From: Octopus vulgaris | Lineage: Eukaryota | Length of the DNA: 64,000 nucleotides | Direction of reading: 5' to 3' | NCBI GenBank assembly: GCA_951406725.2 | Contig: OX597824.1 | Location: forward strand, 95,914,001-95,978,000 | Part shown: positions 36,704 to 51,842 of the stretch, piece after piece | Layout of the letters: every line of letters begins with the position of its first letter | Position numbering within the stretch: position 1 is the first letter of the stretch | Made by a program: the position numbers and the translations under genes | The notes under the pieces: generated by a model | Seen by the model: only the letters and a program-made list of their open reading frames with translations | What the model was told of the DNA's origin: nothing | The model's database searches: none

Positions 36704-36749
36704 AACACAACGTTTCGGCTGATATACCCTCCATCCCTCATCAGGTGTC
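36704..36749 (-). ncRNA. Minimal hammerhead motif, third copy of the element at 6535/8186 (element ~36650-36800)
   Basis: GACAC-CTGATGA-G-GGATG-gagggtatat-CAGCC-GAAA-CGTT-GTGTT; one stem II mismatch. Confidence 0.65.
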
Positions 36750-36968
36750 TTGGGGAAATTTCGAACCTGCATTCTCATTCCTAAGGTATTTTTCGATGTT
36801 GTTGTTGTTGTTGTCCAGCTTTTCTCATGGGCGGTTACCTCTCCTGTCAGTGTATATAAATGTGCACTTATGCAGCTTTAAGGGTTTTAACTCTTATTTC
36901 TAGCAATATAGATGCTATTCAGCATCCTCAGTGACAATTAGTGACGATTAAATTTTTCTTATGCCTAC

Positions 36969-36999
<31 letters not shown>

Positions 37000-37029
37000 C
37001 ATACATACATACATACATACATACATACG

Positions 37030-37076
<47 letters not shown>

Positions 37077-37479
37077 GTTTGTAATGTGAAGGGGCGAGGA
37101 CAATTACCTGTGTTCATTTCAGGGACTTCTGTTGAGTTGTCAGATAAATTCGTTCGATATTTTGCCTCCTTGACGCTGAAACATTTTGTGTCTGAACAGA
37201 AGTAAAAATCCATTCAAATTTCAAAAATGATAAACAGAAATTGTAGAGGAAGAACAGAACTACAAAACAACAACAACAAACAACATAAAGCTCTACGATA
37301 AAAATACTTTTTGTGTCAGTTCAAACAACAATGGAAAGGATTAAAATAAATCTTTTATCCTTTAGTAAGATTCTGTACTTGGACTGCGGCCATACTGGGG
37401 CACACCGCCTTGGAGTGTTTTTAGTCCAACGAATCAATCCCTAGTATTTATTTTTCTTTTTAAACCGGATACTTTTCCC

Positions 37480-38060
37480 AGTCGTTGCAGACATTGAACG
37501 GGTCCCATTCTGTTCAGTGTCTGCACGGACTGAATACTTGGTCGAATGCTGGGCCATTCGTGTTGTGAAGTGCTCACTAATGAGACTAGGGTTACTGACC
37601 TGGATTTTGCTGATGATGCAGTTATACCTATTTCTTTATTACCCACAAGGAGCTAAACGCAGAGGGGACAAACAAGGACAGACATAGGTATTAAGTCGAT
37701 TACATCGACCCCAGTGCGTAACTGGTAGTACTTAATTTATCGACCCCGAAAGGATGAAAGGCATAGTGGACCTCGGCGGAACTTGAACTCACAACGTAAC
37801 GCAGACGAAATACCGCTAAGCATTTCGCCCGGCGTGCTAACGTTTCTGCCAGCTCGCCGAGTCTCTGGATGCCTTAAGGACCGCTCTTCTTTCACTGAGT
37901 GAGGAAGTGGGGTCGCTTGGCCTTGGAGTTTCTTGGGCCAATACAAAGATCCTGAATATTTCGTTGGCGTTCTGAGGGATTCCATCTCGTTTGCCTCTGT
38001 TGTGGGTGAGAATGTCGGAACCGTTGACCGTTTCACTTGTCAGCATAGGATGCGAGTCGA
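37480..38060 (+). pseudogene. LINE RT fragment interrupted by a SINE family C copy (37626-37858, minus)
   Basis: GPILFSVCTD*ILGR...VTDLDFADDAVI, then after the SINE, ESLDALRTALLSLSEEVGSLGLGVSWANTKI. Confidence 0.8.
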
Positions 38061-38719
38061 TAACAAAAATAATAACAACAACAACAACAACAGTATTCGT
38101 GTGTGATCATAGGAAAGTTAATCTCTGAAAATAACGTTAGCCATCATCTTCAGACAGAAATATTAAAGTACAAAGTGTATACAATAAACGATGGAAGAAG
38201 GAACTTGAAATAGAAAATGTTTTTTGTGTGTAATGTCAGAGAAATCTGTTCGATGGCAGCTCGTCCTGTTTCTATGTTTTATCGATTACCAGAATATTGT
38301 ATTTATCTAGTTTAACTCACGTAAGACCAATAAACATTAAAACAGAAATTTCAAAATAATTATTTTGCGTGAATTTTCGTTCCACTGAAGCTATTTGGCT
38401 TCGAGAGTAAGAGAATGGCGGATATAATAAAGAAGGATATACTAAATATTATGGTGTATCGTAAGGAAGGATACATCAAATAACATGGTCTGTTATTAGC
38501 AAGGATATATTAGATATTATAGTGTGTTACTAGGAAGGACATATTAAATAATATGCCGTATCATTAGGAAGAATACATAAGATAAAATGGTGCATTATCA
38601 TAAGGAAGGATACATTTAATATGTATGTATGTATGTATGCGTATACACATACACGCACAATCATACACACACGCACACACGAACATACACACACACACAC
38701 ACGCACACACATATATATA

Positions 38720-39000
38720 TGAAATACAAAATGGGACAAGAACGCAAAACATCCAGACAGTTAGAGGATACAACAAAAGGGGACAATAAAACATCTAGAT
38801 AGACGATACAAAGAAAACGAGGACGGGTCATTCGAAGTTTTCTTTCCTCAGTCGAGTTCCAGATTATCTTTGCAATTTCGGCTGGTTACACTCGAGATTG
38901 CTCCAATCTTGGCCAGCCCCAAGGAAAAACTAAGCTAAGAGCATTAGATTCCATGGAAGAAAGCAGCAAATGTATACGAAAACAAGGACTGAAAAAACGG
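38720..39000. mobile_element. Interspersed repeat, family E (also 46045-46292 and 53700-53895)
   Basis: Three similar copies beginning AATGGGACAAGAACGCAAAA, each next to a microsatellite. Confidence 0.8.
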
Positions 39001-39236
39001 AATATATATATATATATATAGGCACTTAGTAAATACCGAGATATAAAACGCATGGTCCTTAGGTCACTCTGTAACTTCTGTCGATTAAATATAATTAAAA
39101 ATAGATAGATAGATAGAGATGTATACGTATGTTTATTGATTATGGTAGTGTGTGTGTGCGTGTGTGCACGTGTGAGCGAACATCTGTGTGTGTGTATGCA
39201 TGTTTGATTGTACATTTATGCATGTATGTGTATGAG

Positions 39237-39271
<35 letters not shown>

Positions 39272-40718
39272 AATTTTTAAAAATCGTTTTGACTTTAAAA
39301 TGACCTAAAACTGCTACTTAATGTTTAAAATCATTGAACTAGTTCTAACTTGCAGCTGCTGTTCTTAGTCACACCTGCCAATATTACTACAGCGCAATTA
39401 TAAGAAGAAGAAGAAAAAAAACAGAAAAGAAAAGAAAATAACAAGAAAAACAAGAAAGCGGAAATATTATACGTGTATTTCATAAAATAATATAAAATAA
39501 AAACAGAAAAGAATATTTTTATCTGTTAACTATCTAAACTGAAACTTCAGATAGAGTTGGAACGAGACGTGTTATAAAATACAACTCTTAAGGTGTGGAT
39601 TTTAGTGGCTTCCCTCTTCATTTGTGTGTGTGTGTGTGTGTAAGAGAGACAGAAACAGAGAGTGTCTGTGAGAGAAAGTGTGCGTGTGAATGTATGATAG
39701 AGAAAGAAAGAGTGTGTGTGTGTGCTTTTATGTGTGTGTTTCCTTGTATGTGTGTGTATGTGTGTGTATGTATGTGTTTGTGTGTGTGTGTGTATGTGTG
39801 TGTAAAGAGAGAGACAGAGAGTGAGGGATAGACAGACAGACAGAAACAAAGAGACAGAGAGTGAGAAACAGAGAATATCTGTGTGTGTGTGTGTGTGTGT
39901 GTATGTGCGTGCGTGAGGGATAGAGAGTAAGAAAGAGTGTGTGTGAGAGAGAGAGCCGCCAGAAAAAGGTGTGCAAGTATGTGTATGTATATATATATAA
40001 GAGAGATAGAGAGAGAGAGAGTGTGTGAGACAGAGAGAGCAAGACAGTGTGTGTGTGCGCGCGCATGCGTGAGTGTGTGTGTGTGCATGACAGAGAAAGA
40101 GGGATGGAATATATTTAAGGTGAAACAGAGAGAGAGAAAGAGCATGTATATGAGTGTGTGTTGTTTAGTTTTTTTTTTTACCTCTCCACTAAGAACCGTT
40201 GACTTCTACGATGTGGGGGTTTTTTTTTCACCATCGAGGCTGTTTTTTTAGTGTCGTGAATATAGATTTTTGAAAACCGTTTCTATAAATACAGGTCATA
40301 TTTAAATTATTGTTATCGATCTGCAGTACAGCACGGTTTCATTAGTGATTTTTGCACAAAAATATAACAAAACAACTTGGAAATTGTTGGTGAGTGAAGA
40401 AGGCCAATAGTTTGATGGTGGTTTATTGTAGCTTCTGAGCTGCCGAGTCAAAGACTTGCAAAAGGCTGCCGACTTCGTCAGTCAATGGCGGACGCCGGTA
40501 AATGGCTCTGACAATTTCCTCTCCTAAGACTATACGAGTGTGTATGTGCGTGTGTGTGTGTGTGTGTGTGTTGTATGTAGGCGTATAGATAGATAAATGT
40601 ATGTATATACATATACATTTGTATGTGTATATGTGTGTATAGATGCATACACACACACATATGACTTCTCTTTCTCTTTTCTATTTAGAGTAAATTTTGA
40701 CCGGCCAGCAAATTGATT

Positions 40719-41943
40719 GTGTATGTATGTATGTATGTATGTATGTATGTATGTATGTATGTATGTATGTATGTATGTATGTATGTATGTATGTATGTAT
40801 GTATGTATGCATGTATGTATGCAAGTATGTATGTATGTATGTATGTATGTATGTATGTATGTATGTATGTATGTATGTATGTATGTATGTATGTATGTAT
40901 GTATGTATGTATGTATGTATGTATGTATGTATGTATGTATGTATGTATGTATGTATGTATGTATGTATGTATGTATGTATGTATGTATGTATGTATGTAT
41001 GCATGCATGCATGCATGTATGTATGTATGTATGTATGTATGTATGTATGTATGTATGTATGTATGTATGCATGCATGCATGCATATGTATGCATGCATGC
41101 ATGCATGCATGCATGCATGTATGTATGTATGTATGTATGTATGTATGTATGTATGCATGCATGCATGCATGCATGCATGTATGTATGTATGTATGTATGT
41201 ATGTATGTATGCATGCATGCATGCATGCATGCATGCATGTATGTATGTATGTATGTATGTATGTATGTATGTATGTATGTATGTATGTATGTATGTATGT
41301 ATGTATGTATGTATGTATGTATGTATGTATGTATGCAAGTATGTATGTATGTATGTATGTATGTATGTATGTATGTATGTATGTATGTATGTATGTATGT
41401 ATGTATGTATGTATGTATGTATGTATGTATGTATGTATGTATGTATGTATGTATGTATGTATGTATGTATGTATGTATGTATGTATGTATGTATGTATGC
41501 AAGTATGTATGTATGTATGTATGTATGTATGTATGTATGTATGTATGTATGTATGTATGTATGTATGTATGTATGTATGTATGTATGCAAGTATGTATGT
41601 ATGTATGTATGTATGTATGTATGTATGTATGCAAGTATGTATGTATGTATGTATGTATGTATGTATGCAAGTATGTATGTATGTATGCAAGTATGTATGT
41701 ATGTATGTATGTATGTATGTATGTATGTATGTATGTATGTATGTATGTATGTATGTATGTATGTATGTATGTATGTATGTATGTATGTATGTATGTATGT
41801 ATGTATGTATGTATGTATGTATGTATGTATGTATGTATGTATGTATGTATGTATGTATGTATGTATGCAAGTATGTATGTATGTATGTATGTATGTATGT
41901 ATGTATGTATGTATGTATGTATGTATGTATGTATGTATGTATG

Positions 41944-41975
<32 letters not shown>

Positions 41976-42370
41976 TGTATGTATGTATGTATGTATGTAT
42001 GCAAGTATGTATGTATGTATGTATGTATGTATGTATGTATGTATGCAAGTATGTATGTATGCATGTATGTATGTATGTATGTATGTATGTATGTATGTAT
42101 GTATGTATGTATGTATGTATGTATGTATGTATGTATGTATGTATGTATGTATGTATGTATGTATGTATGTATGTATGTATGTATGCAAGTATGTATGTAT
42201 GCATGTATGTATGTATGTATGTATGTATGTATGCAAGTATGTATGTATGTATGTATGTATGTGTATGTATGTATGTATGCATGTATGTATGTATGTATGT
42301 ATGTATGTATGTATGCAAGTATGCATGTATGTATGCATGTATGTATGTATGCATGTATGCATGTATGTAT
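40719..42370. repeat. ~1.65-kb (TATG)n microsatellite with CATG and CAAG variants
   Basis: Direct reading; open in all six frames. Confidence 0.98.
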
Positions 42371-43564
42371 TGCCTGGGTGTGCCAGTGTGTGCTTCTCTG
42401 TGTGTGCTTGTGTAGATACATATTTATATATGCGCTTGTGTGTGTGTATAATATATACTTATGTGTGTGTGCGTATTTAAATCAAGCAAATCTTAGGTAT
42501 ATAAATAAGCAGGAGTGGCTGTGTGGTAAGTAGCTTGCTTACCAGACACATGGTTCTGGGTTCATTCCCACTGCGTGGCACCTTGGGCAGCCTTGGGCCA
42601 ACCAAAGCCTTGTGAGTGGATTTGGTAGACGGAAACTGAAAAAAGCCCGTCGTCTATGTACGTGTGTATGTATGTATGTATGTATGTATGTATGTATGTA
42701 TGTATGTATGTATGTATGTATGCATGCATGTATGTATGTATGTTTGATTTCGAGGCAGAAATAAATATACTTTACTAACATAGGTCTGGAACAATGTATA
42801 ATACTAAGCCTTTAGTAAAGACCCAATAAAAACATCGACAGTCGACAAATACTCTTTTATTCATTGAAATAATTTCTCAGTCATTTCTCAATCACCAAAT
42901 CCACGTTTTGGCTAATGATAATTAATAAACCAACTCAACTACATCAAACGGTGCATTGTCAGGTTGCCAACTGAATTATACATCAAAACAATGAACAATC
43001 ATCTCCTAAACTCTGCAGATCTCCGGTGGAACACTGCAATATATAGTAGCATTATTTCCAGCAAATTCCGTCTATTTAAACACTAAGTATCTTTCAATAA
43101 TTAACGAAAGCGTTAATCATTTCAACATGAAACAATTAAAATAGTGTGGAAATCATTTCGCTTCTTTTGAAGCCAGAAAACTCATTTTGAGCGGAGAAAC
43201 AAATTCGCGTCTTTTTCCCGTTAAAAACAATTAAACAGTAGGATTTGGTAAATCACAGGAGACCAAACTCCAAGTGAAATTAACTCGATTTCTTTCTCTA
43301 GATTAGTGATCATTGATAGATATCACACAAACACATATACGAGCTGGTGTTAGAATAGGTTTCAAAGGTGTGACAAACTTGTTGACGTGATAAAATATAA
43401 GAAGAAAAAATAGAAAAAGTAAATAGTTGTGCTTATTTAAAAAAAAATAATTACCGCGAATGAAACAACCAACAGTGAACTTAACACGGTTTTCTCTTAG
43501 TAAGAGCATAATTTTGGAAGATTAAATATGGCGGCGAGCTGACAGAATCATTAGTTCGCTGGAC

Positions 43565-43611
<47 letters not shown>

Positions 43612-44711
43612 TGTGTTTGTCACCCCCCAACATCGCTTGACAACCGATGCTGGTGTGTTTACGTCCCTGTAACTTAGCAGTTCGGCAAAAGTGACCGATA
43701 GAATAAGTACTAGGCTTACAAAGAGTAAGTCTGGGGGTCGATTATTTGCTTGACTAAAGGCGGTGCTCCAGCATGGCCGCAGTCAAATGACTGAAACAAA
43801 TAAAAGAGTAAAGAGTAATATGTGTGTGTGTGTGTGTGTGTGTATCGCTGGACTCTTTATCGCTCTGGCCACTTTGTATCGTTGAACAATTTATATCTCT
43901 GGCTATTCGCTATCATTGATTGTTCTGTATCTCTCACGACACGTGAAAAACTAATGCAAACTTGTTTTTTCTAAAAAAAAAAAAAAAAGAAACAACTATC
44001 GTATTACATGAAGTATACTAGCACCAACTTTACTATTAAGTTTTCATGCAGTAGGCGTCACTGTAATTTTTTGTTTTCGTCCATTTATTGTTAATGATAT
44101 ATTTGACCTACTACCCACATTGTTGCATTTATAAAAATAACAAAAGCAGTCTTTCTATTCGAGAAATATTGATTTTCATCTCCACCTCCGGTTTGTCACC
44201 TGGCCGTTCGTTCTATTGGAATTAAATAAACAGTATTAATATATAAAAGGTATATTTATAGATTGAGGTCACGGTGAAGGAAACGACTGGCCGGTTGGTG
44301 AATTAATAGCATTTTTAGTCCTATCACGAGAAAAACTGTCCACGCTTCGTTCACATCGTAGGCCGCCGCTACATTATGTCCTTAACGGTGACCGTTAGCT
44401 GCCATTAACCTTGTCTATCGAAGTGTGAATTGGTACCGCCATGAAAATACTTACTATGCCCGGTTGTAAGCGAAACGGCTGCTGTATAACTGGCGAGAAT
44501 GAAGGAGACGTACACTAAGTCCGTAATCGATAATCGAAACATCGGTCTTCATGATTCTGCCCATTGTTCTTTGAATCTGCATTCACAATTGCTTGCCTTG
44601 TGCCAAAATTAGAAAGAACCATGGGCGGTGAATGGCTGAATCGTTAGCGTTCTGGACAAAATGCTTAGGGTCATTTCTTCTGGTTCTTTACTGCAGAGGT
44701 TGTAAATACAT

Positions 44712-45020
44712 GTGGAGGCGCAATGGCCCAGTGGCTAGAGCAGCGGACTCGCGGTCGTAGGATCGCGGCTTCGATTCTCAGACCGTGGTGGCAAACCCTC
44801 CTGTACTCTTTCACTGCAACTTTCTCTCCCTCTTTCTTCCTGTTCCTGTTGCACCTGTATTTCAAAGAGCCAACCTTGTCACGCTGAATGTCCCCGAGAA
44901 CTACGTTAAGGGTACACGTGTCTGTGGAGTGCTCAGCCACTTGCACGTTAATTTCACGAGCAGGCTGTTCCGTTGATCGGATCAACTGGAACCCTCGTCG
45001 TCGTAATCGACGGAGTGCCA
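44712..45020 (+). mobile_element. SINE family A
   Basis: Same head and tail as 235-628. Confidence 0.85.
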
Positions 45021-45346
45021 CATGTGTATAAATACATACATTAAAAAATACCTGTATCTGACCATCTGATCTGATATCTCTAATATCTACGCGCGTCTTT
45101 GTGTTTCTCCCTACCAACATTTGATAACTACTGTGGGTACGTTTACGTCCTCGTAACGTAGCGGTTCGGCATTAAAGTCCGATAGAAAATGTTCCTGCCG
45201 CCTGTCAAATTCGCCATCATTTTAGGCGAGACAGAGTTCAATTCGGGATACTTCATCCAATTACGTTGCTATTGGCTTAGTTAAGTTCAAGACACCAACA
45301 GAAAAAAAACATCCTCTCTATCCATCTCTCTTCCTTCGACCACTTT

Positions 45347-45380
<34 letters not shown>

Positions 45381-45946
45381 TTCAGACAAATTGTCATCAT
45401 GTCACCGACGACAACCTCTTGCGAGCCTCACATCAGTTTAGTAGTTGCCTACGACCAGAGATTCTCTATCAAAACTGATTGATATTTTATTTCCGACTCA
45501 TAGCAGCTGTGAAAAACTTCGTAACGTTTGAATATATAGTTATAAGGATGAATTATCGTCTGCCAATTTATTTCAAAGCGCTCTCATATTGCCTGCTACC
45601 CAACACACAGTTTTTTTGCTGTCTTTCTTCAAATGCAGTCATGACAACTTACCACATGCAACCTCGCACAAATTTCTTACCAATTACAATTTCACCGTTA
45701 CATCGGTTGACATTTATTCCTTATATCTCAATCGCTACAGGGGCCTCGTTAGTTGGCAATGATGAGCAGAACATAATTGGCTGTTAGAAAAAAAAGCTAC
45801 GAGAAACTACTCCAGGACTTATCGTGATTTTCTTTTACATGAATTCACATCGTTATATATTGCATGTGCGCGCGCGCGTGTGTAAGTAAGAGCGCGTACA
45901 CTCACACACACACACATACATATATATATATATGGATATATATATA

Positions 45947-46049
<103 letters not shown>

Positions 46050-46324
46050 ACATAATGGGACAAGAACGCAAAATATCCGGACAGTTAGGTGATACAAAAA
46101 AGAGGACAACAAAACATCCAGATAAACGATACAATAAAACAAGGACGAGTCATTCGGAATTTTCTTTCCTCAGTCAAGTACCAGATTATCTTCGCAATTT
46201 CGGCTGGTTATACTTGAGATTGCACCAATCTGGCCAGCCCCAAGGAAAAACTAAGCTAAGAGCATTAGATTCCTTGGAAGAAAGCAGCGAATGTATATAT
46301 ATATATATATTTTTATTTATGCGC

Positions 46325-46880
46325 CCTTTTCAAGCCTAGCCAGGTTCATGGGCTCGGTTTCAAGTTTTCTGTAGCGTATGTGTTCCCCACTAGCTGGACG
46401 GGACGCCAGTCCATCGCAGCGTTACTCAAGAAATAGGAAGAAAGAGTGAGAGAAAGTTTGGGCGAAAGAATACAACAGGGTTCGCCACCCACCCTCTGTC
46501 GGAGCCTCGTGAAGCTTTAGGTGTTTTCGCTCAATAAACACACACAACGCCCGGTCTGGGAATCGAAACCGCGATCCTCCGACCGCGAGTCCGCTGCCTT
46601 AACCACTGGACCATTGCGCCTCCACACATATATATATAGGATCGCGGTTTCGATTCCCAGACCGGACGTTGTGAGTGTTAATTGAGCGAAAACACCTAAA
46701 AAGCTCCACGAGGCTCCGGCAGGGGGTGGTGATCCCTGCTGTACTCTTTCACCACACTTTCTCCCACTCGCTTAGCCAGTGGGGTGGCGTCATTAGGAAG
46801 GCTAAAACAATGCGAACGCATTGTGACCAGCGATGTGTAACAACATCTGATGGTCTGGTCGGTCACGTGATCACGTGATA
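46325..46880. mobile_element. Head-to-head pair of family A SINEs (46325-46625 minus; 46638-46880 plus)
   Basis: Shared body in opposite orientations, different 3' tails. Confidence 0.85.
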
Positions 46881-47458
46881 TATATATATATACATACAGT
46901 GCATGTGATCCTGCACATAAGCAAGCGACCACACCCACAACAATGGATATAAATATACCCCCAACAGTTCTTGTAACGGTTCTGGGTTGAAGATTGAGGT
47001 AGCGTGAAACCCGAGCTGCAATGTAAACATCCTGTTTCAATAGATTCTTTGTGCGCACACGCACGAGTTTGAGGGTGTGGGTATGTGCGCGCGTGCGTGC
47101 GTGTTTCTGTGTGTGTATAAAGTGTCAGGCAGAGGGGGAGAAGATAGAGAGACGAAGAGGGAGGCTTTAGTAGGGTTTCAACGACCGGATGATATTACCG
47201 GACGAATATTACAGACCAGGAGAATGTTTTCTGCATATGTAGTGAATAGACACTGGACTGTGATGTTTGTCGCCACTTCAACGTGGCTATTTTAACCCCC
47301 AAGAGGACATTTCCTCTTGCTGGTTAACGTCTTGGTCAATGTCCCACCCGCGAAATTTGTTTCCCACGAGAGTTCCGGATCCCAGTTATGGACTCATTTA
47401 CATACAGCCAATTAGAGCTGAACTATCAAACTAGTGTCCACCTAGTCACGAAAATGGA

Positions 47459-47550
<92 letters not shown>

Positions 47551-48268
47551 GTGTGTGTGTGTGTCTGTTTGTCCCCCCCAACATCGCTTGACAACCGATG
47601 GTGATGTGTTTACATCCTCGTCACTTAGCGGTTCGGCAAAAAGAGACCGATAGAATAAGTACTAGGTTTCCAAAGAATAAGTCTTGGAGTCGATTTGCTC
47701 GACTAAAGGTGGTGCTCCAGCATGGCCGCAGTCGAATGACTGAAACAAGTAAAAGAGTGAAAGAGAGAGAGAGAGAGAGTAAGGAGCTTGTTCCTGTCGT
47801 TTTCTAGCACCTTCACTAAGAGCCATTTCGTGCGCGCTCACTCACACACACTAATGTCTTCTTATGCGATACCCTTGCGATTATTATTACCATCCTCCTT
47901 TTCACATGAAAGCAGCCGACTGCGACAAGGTTTTACGTATTATACTTCCGACTCGATGCAGTTGTGGAAAATCGATCGTAACAGTTGACTAAGTCTATGA
48001 TAAGTACGTTTCCTTTGTCAACCCATACATTTCTTACCGCCTCACGCAGCCCCCCACCACGCTCATTCCCAATACCAATTGCCAATCACACCGTTACAGA
48101 TGGTCATCGATACAATCATACGATCAACCGTTACACATCGTTGATTGTATGATGGTGTAATGCAGTGATTCTCAACTGGCTTTTATCCATGGACCCCTTT
48201 AATTCCTGGTGGACCCGCAAAGCCATCTGATGTTTAAAGGATCCTATTTATATTTTCATAATTAAATA

Positions 48269-48433
48269 GGCGCAGGAGTGGCTGTGTGGTAAGAAGCTTG
48301 TTTACCAACCACATGGTTCCAGGTTCAATCCCACTGCGTGGCACCTTCAGTAAGTGTCTTCCGCTATAGTCTCGGGCCGACCAAAGCCTTATGAGTAGGT
48401 TTGGTAGACGGAAACTGAAAGAAGCCCGTCGGG

Positions 48434-48494
<61 letters not shown>

Positions 48495-48725
48495 CTGCGT
48501 TTGTCCCCCCCCACCATCGCTTGACAACCGATATTGGTGTGTTCATATCCTCGAAATTTAGCGGTTCGGCAAAAGAGACAGATAGAATAAGTGCTGGGCT
48601 TACAAATAATAAGTCCTGGGGTCGATACTGGGTTTACAAAGAATAAGTCCTGGGGGTCGATTTCTTCGACTAAAGGCGGTGCCCCGGTATGGCTGCAGTC
48701 CAATGACTGAAACAAGTAAAAGATC
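48269..48725 (+). mobile_element. SINE family B (full length)
   Basis: Head GGCGCAGGAGTGGCTGTGTGG, B box GGTTCAATCCC. Confidence 0.9.
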
Positions 48726-49139
48726 AAAGATATTACTGAGATTTACCTGGACTGGAAACCATAGATATAAAGTGATATGATTAGATTCTGTTTTTTTTTT
48801 TTGTTTTCGTGAAACTTAATCCCACGACGCGGTATTCAGTCATTGCATCGTTCCTAATATTTCTGGCTGTAACTGTCGCTAACTCATTTTAAAATTCAAA
48901 TTTCCATGAAGCCACTTGTCATTTGAGATGAGTTTAATCTGAAAATGTCAAAACATTATACGCCAATGTTAGTTGGCCTTTCAAATGGTTTGCATGAAGA
49001 AGAAACTGGATATATTTTGTTTATTTTAATTGTTTGGGCGGCTGTAAAGCTCTCACAATTTTCACAGTTCACTTTAAAGATGACTTCTCATGTAAATTTG
49101 CTCATTTTAACCTTTCTCTAAAAGGACCCTGATTATTAC

Positions 49140-49175
<36 letters not shown>

Positions 49176-49188
49176 CATTATTATTATT

Positions 49189-49221
<33 letters not shown>

Positions 49222-50399
49222 AGTTCAAGATATACTCAACGCGCTGAGAACACTCTAGAAAAAGCAATATAATGATTATCTTTTTCTCCCTAATTGTGGG
49301 GCCATTTTCTTTTACTTTCTTGCACTCACCGGACTGCGGTCATTATTGGGACACCAGCTTAAAGAGTTTGATTGAATATATCCTCCCTAGTAGGGTTTTT
49401 TTTTTAAGTCTGACACTTATTTTCTACAGGTCATATTTTTCAAAAGGAACCTGGTAGAGTTTGTACGGGAGAAGTCAAAATATCCGGGACCAATGGTTCC
49501 CGCAGTTACAGATGAGAGGACATCAAGTGGGCTCTCCGCCCTGAGCAATGAGGGCGGCACTTTTACATTTGCTGTATATATCTACATAGATGAACTTAAG
49601 GGCTGCCCCGGCGACACGCATCTGGCTCACTGGGCTCTCGTATATTACTGGTAATTATTTTCCAATGACTCTAACGCTCCAATTGAACTAACAAACTCTT
49701 TTGGAATTCTCTTAATGTCGCTAACACAGACCATCACTAGATCTTGCAGTAACATCGACATCGGTTCTTCGCCCTCGATTCGTGTTTCTTTAAGACACAC
49801 CATTGACACAGTTAAATAGATAGTCACGTGATCGACCAGATTGTCAGATGCTGTTATACATCGCTAGTCACAATGCGCTTTGCATCGTTTTCAGGAGAGC
49901 AAGCCAACATCCCCCACTGATCGGAAGACTAACCTGTTGCAGGGTACCATTTACAGCTGGCTGGACTGAAACAACGTGAAATGAAACGTCTTGTTCAAGA
50001 ACACAACGCGCTGCTTGGTCTGGGACTCGAACCCACGATCGCTGGATCGTGAGAGCTAAACCCGAATCACCAGGCCACGCACCTTCACACAGCTATTAGA
50101 CATCATAATCGTTCTGCAACAGTTTTATTTTTAAAGTTTAATTAGATTTTAAACTATCCTCTTCTTCTTTGTTGTTGTTGCTGTTTGTTTTTGAAGATGT
50201 TGTTGTTAGTGGTGTTGATGCTGATGTTGCTGTTTATGTTGACACCGCTGCTGTCTTCTCCTCCTCCTCCTCCTCCTTTTTCTTCTTCTTCTTCTTCTTC
50301 TTCTTCTTCTTCTTCTTCTTCTTCTTCTTCTTCTTCCAATCAGGACCCACGCCATTAGCCACAAAGGATAATCTCTAATCCAAGCCTACACTAAGCTAC

Positions 50400-50808
50400 T
50401 AAGAATGCGTGTGGCAACTTGAAGATCCACCCACCACACGCGATAGACTGGCGGCAGTTGCACGGGCAAGAAAGCTACGTTGTTATCCTCATTCCGTTAA
50501 CGGTGGCTTTTAACGGGTGGAGAGCTGAACCATCCTGCGGTACAGAGGATTCGCAATCTAGACGAGGGCCTGAAAGTTTTACCATACCATAGTGGTTCCT
50601 CTGCTTTGTGGCAGAAGTAGGAAGAAAGAGTGAGAGAAAGTTGTGGTGAAAGAGTACAGCGGGGGTTTACCACCCCTCTCCGCCGGAGCCTCGTGGAGCT
50701 TAGGTGTTTTTGCTCAATAAACACTCACAATGCCCAGCCTGGGAATCGAAACGGCGTTCTTACGATCGCGAGTCCGCTGCTCTAACCACTGGGCTATTGC
50801 GCCTCCAC
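50400..50808 (-). mobile_element. SINE family A head and body with a distinct 3' region
   Basis: Head GTGGAGGCGCAATAGCCCAGTGGTTAG on the minus strand; 3' boundary uncertain. Confidence 0.75.
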
Positions 50809-51606
50809 ACCGCTGCTGTTGGTGTGTTGTTGCTGCTGCTGTAGTGTTGTTATTGTCGTTGTTGTTGTTTAACATGCCATTTCCTAGTCGATTAGAGCAG
50901 ACATGTTCAAAGGCGCTCGTATCCTACTCAGTCTGTCTCTTTTACAAACAATAATGTAGCAAAAACTACATTCTCTAACGAAAGTGCGCGTTTTAAAGAA
51001 AAAAAAGGAAAAGAAAAAGAAAACAGTAGACTGTAGTATGAAACATTTGGCTACTATTTCTAGCAAGTCGAACGACCGCATAACGGTTTCGGTGTTGGCT
51101 TGTCAACATTTGACAAGATTCCAAATGACCTCTAATGCTGTTTCTGTCAAGAATCAAGTTAGTCTCTGAGGTCCGACTGCGAGTGTTCGTAATGTGATAT
51201 TCGGTTGTCTATTAAGGAAAAAACCTGTCTGGAATGTTAAACTTTTGGATGTCGACAGGAAAACCGATATCGAGGCTGGCGCTAAGCACATTAAGAGAGT
51301 CGAAGCCTAAGTTTAAAATAACCACGGCGAGACACATTAAATGGAATAGCAACAGATCTTTCAAATATACGACGTCTCAAATACGGATTTCGGGTATTAG
51401 AATTATAAAGGCGTTTCTTTCTAAACGGAAGTAAATTAGAACGAAACGGAATATATAGATTTCCAAAAATCCGGAATTACAAAAAAAACGATTATTTTCG
51501 AAGTGGTTCGTTTTGGATTTCGTATGCTGAGTTACAGTTCACCGCGTCCCTGTTTTGTTGGTTAATGTGCCTACGATGTGTTAAAAATAATTTTGTTCTT
51601 TATATA

Positions 51607-51786
51607 GGTGTTGGTGTGGCTGTGTAGCAAGTAGCTTGCTTACCGACCAACCACATGGCTCCGGGTTCAGTCCCACTGCGTGGCACCTTGGGCAAGTGTC
51701 TTCTACTATAGTCTCGGGCCGACCAAAGCCTTGTGAGTGGATTTGGCAGACGGAAACTGAAAGAAGCCTGTCATATATATATATGT

Positions 51787-51842
<56 letters not shown>

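Noticed and set aside
40530-42533. Six ORFs of 557-610 aa
   Set aside because: Translations of (TATG)n
44455-44578. Possible minus-strand exon ending in GTAAGT
   Set aside because: Acceptor lacks a pyrimidine tract and the peptide is not recognisable
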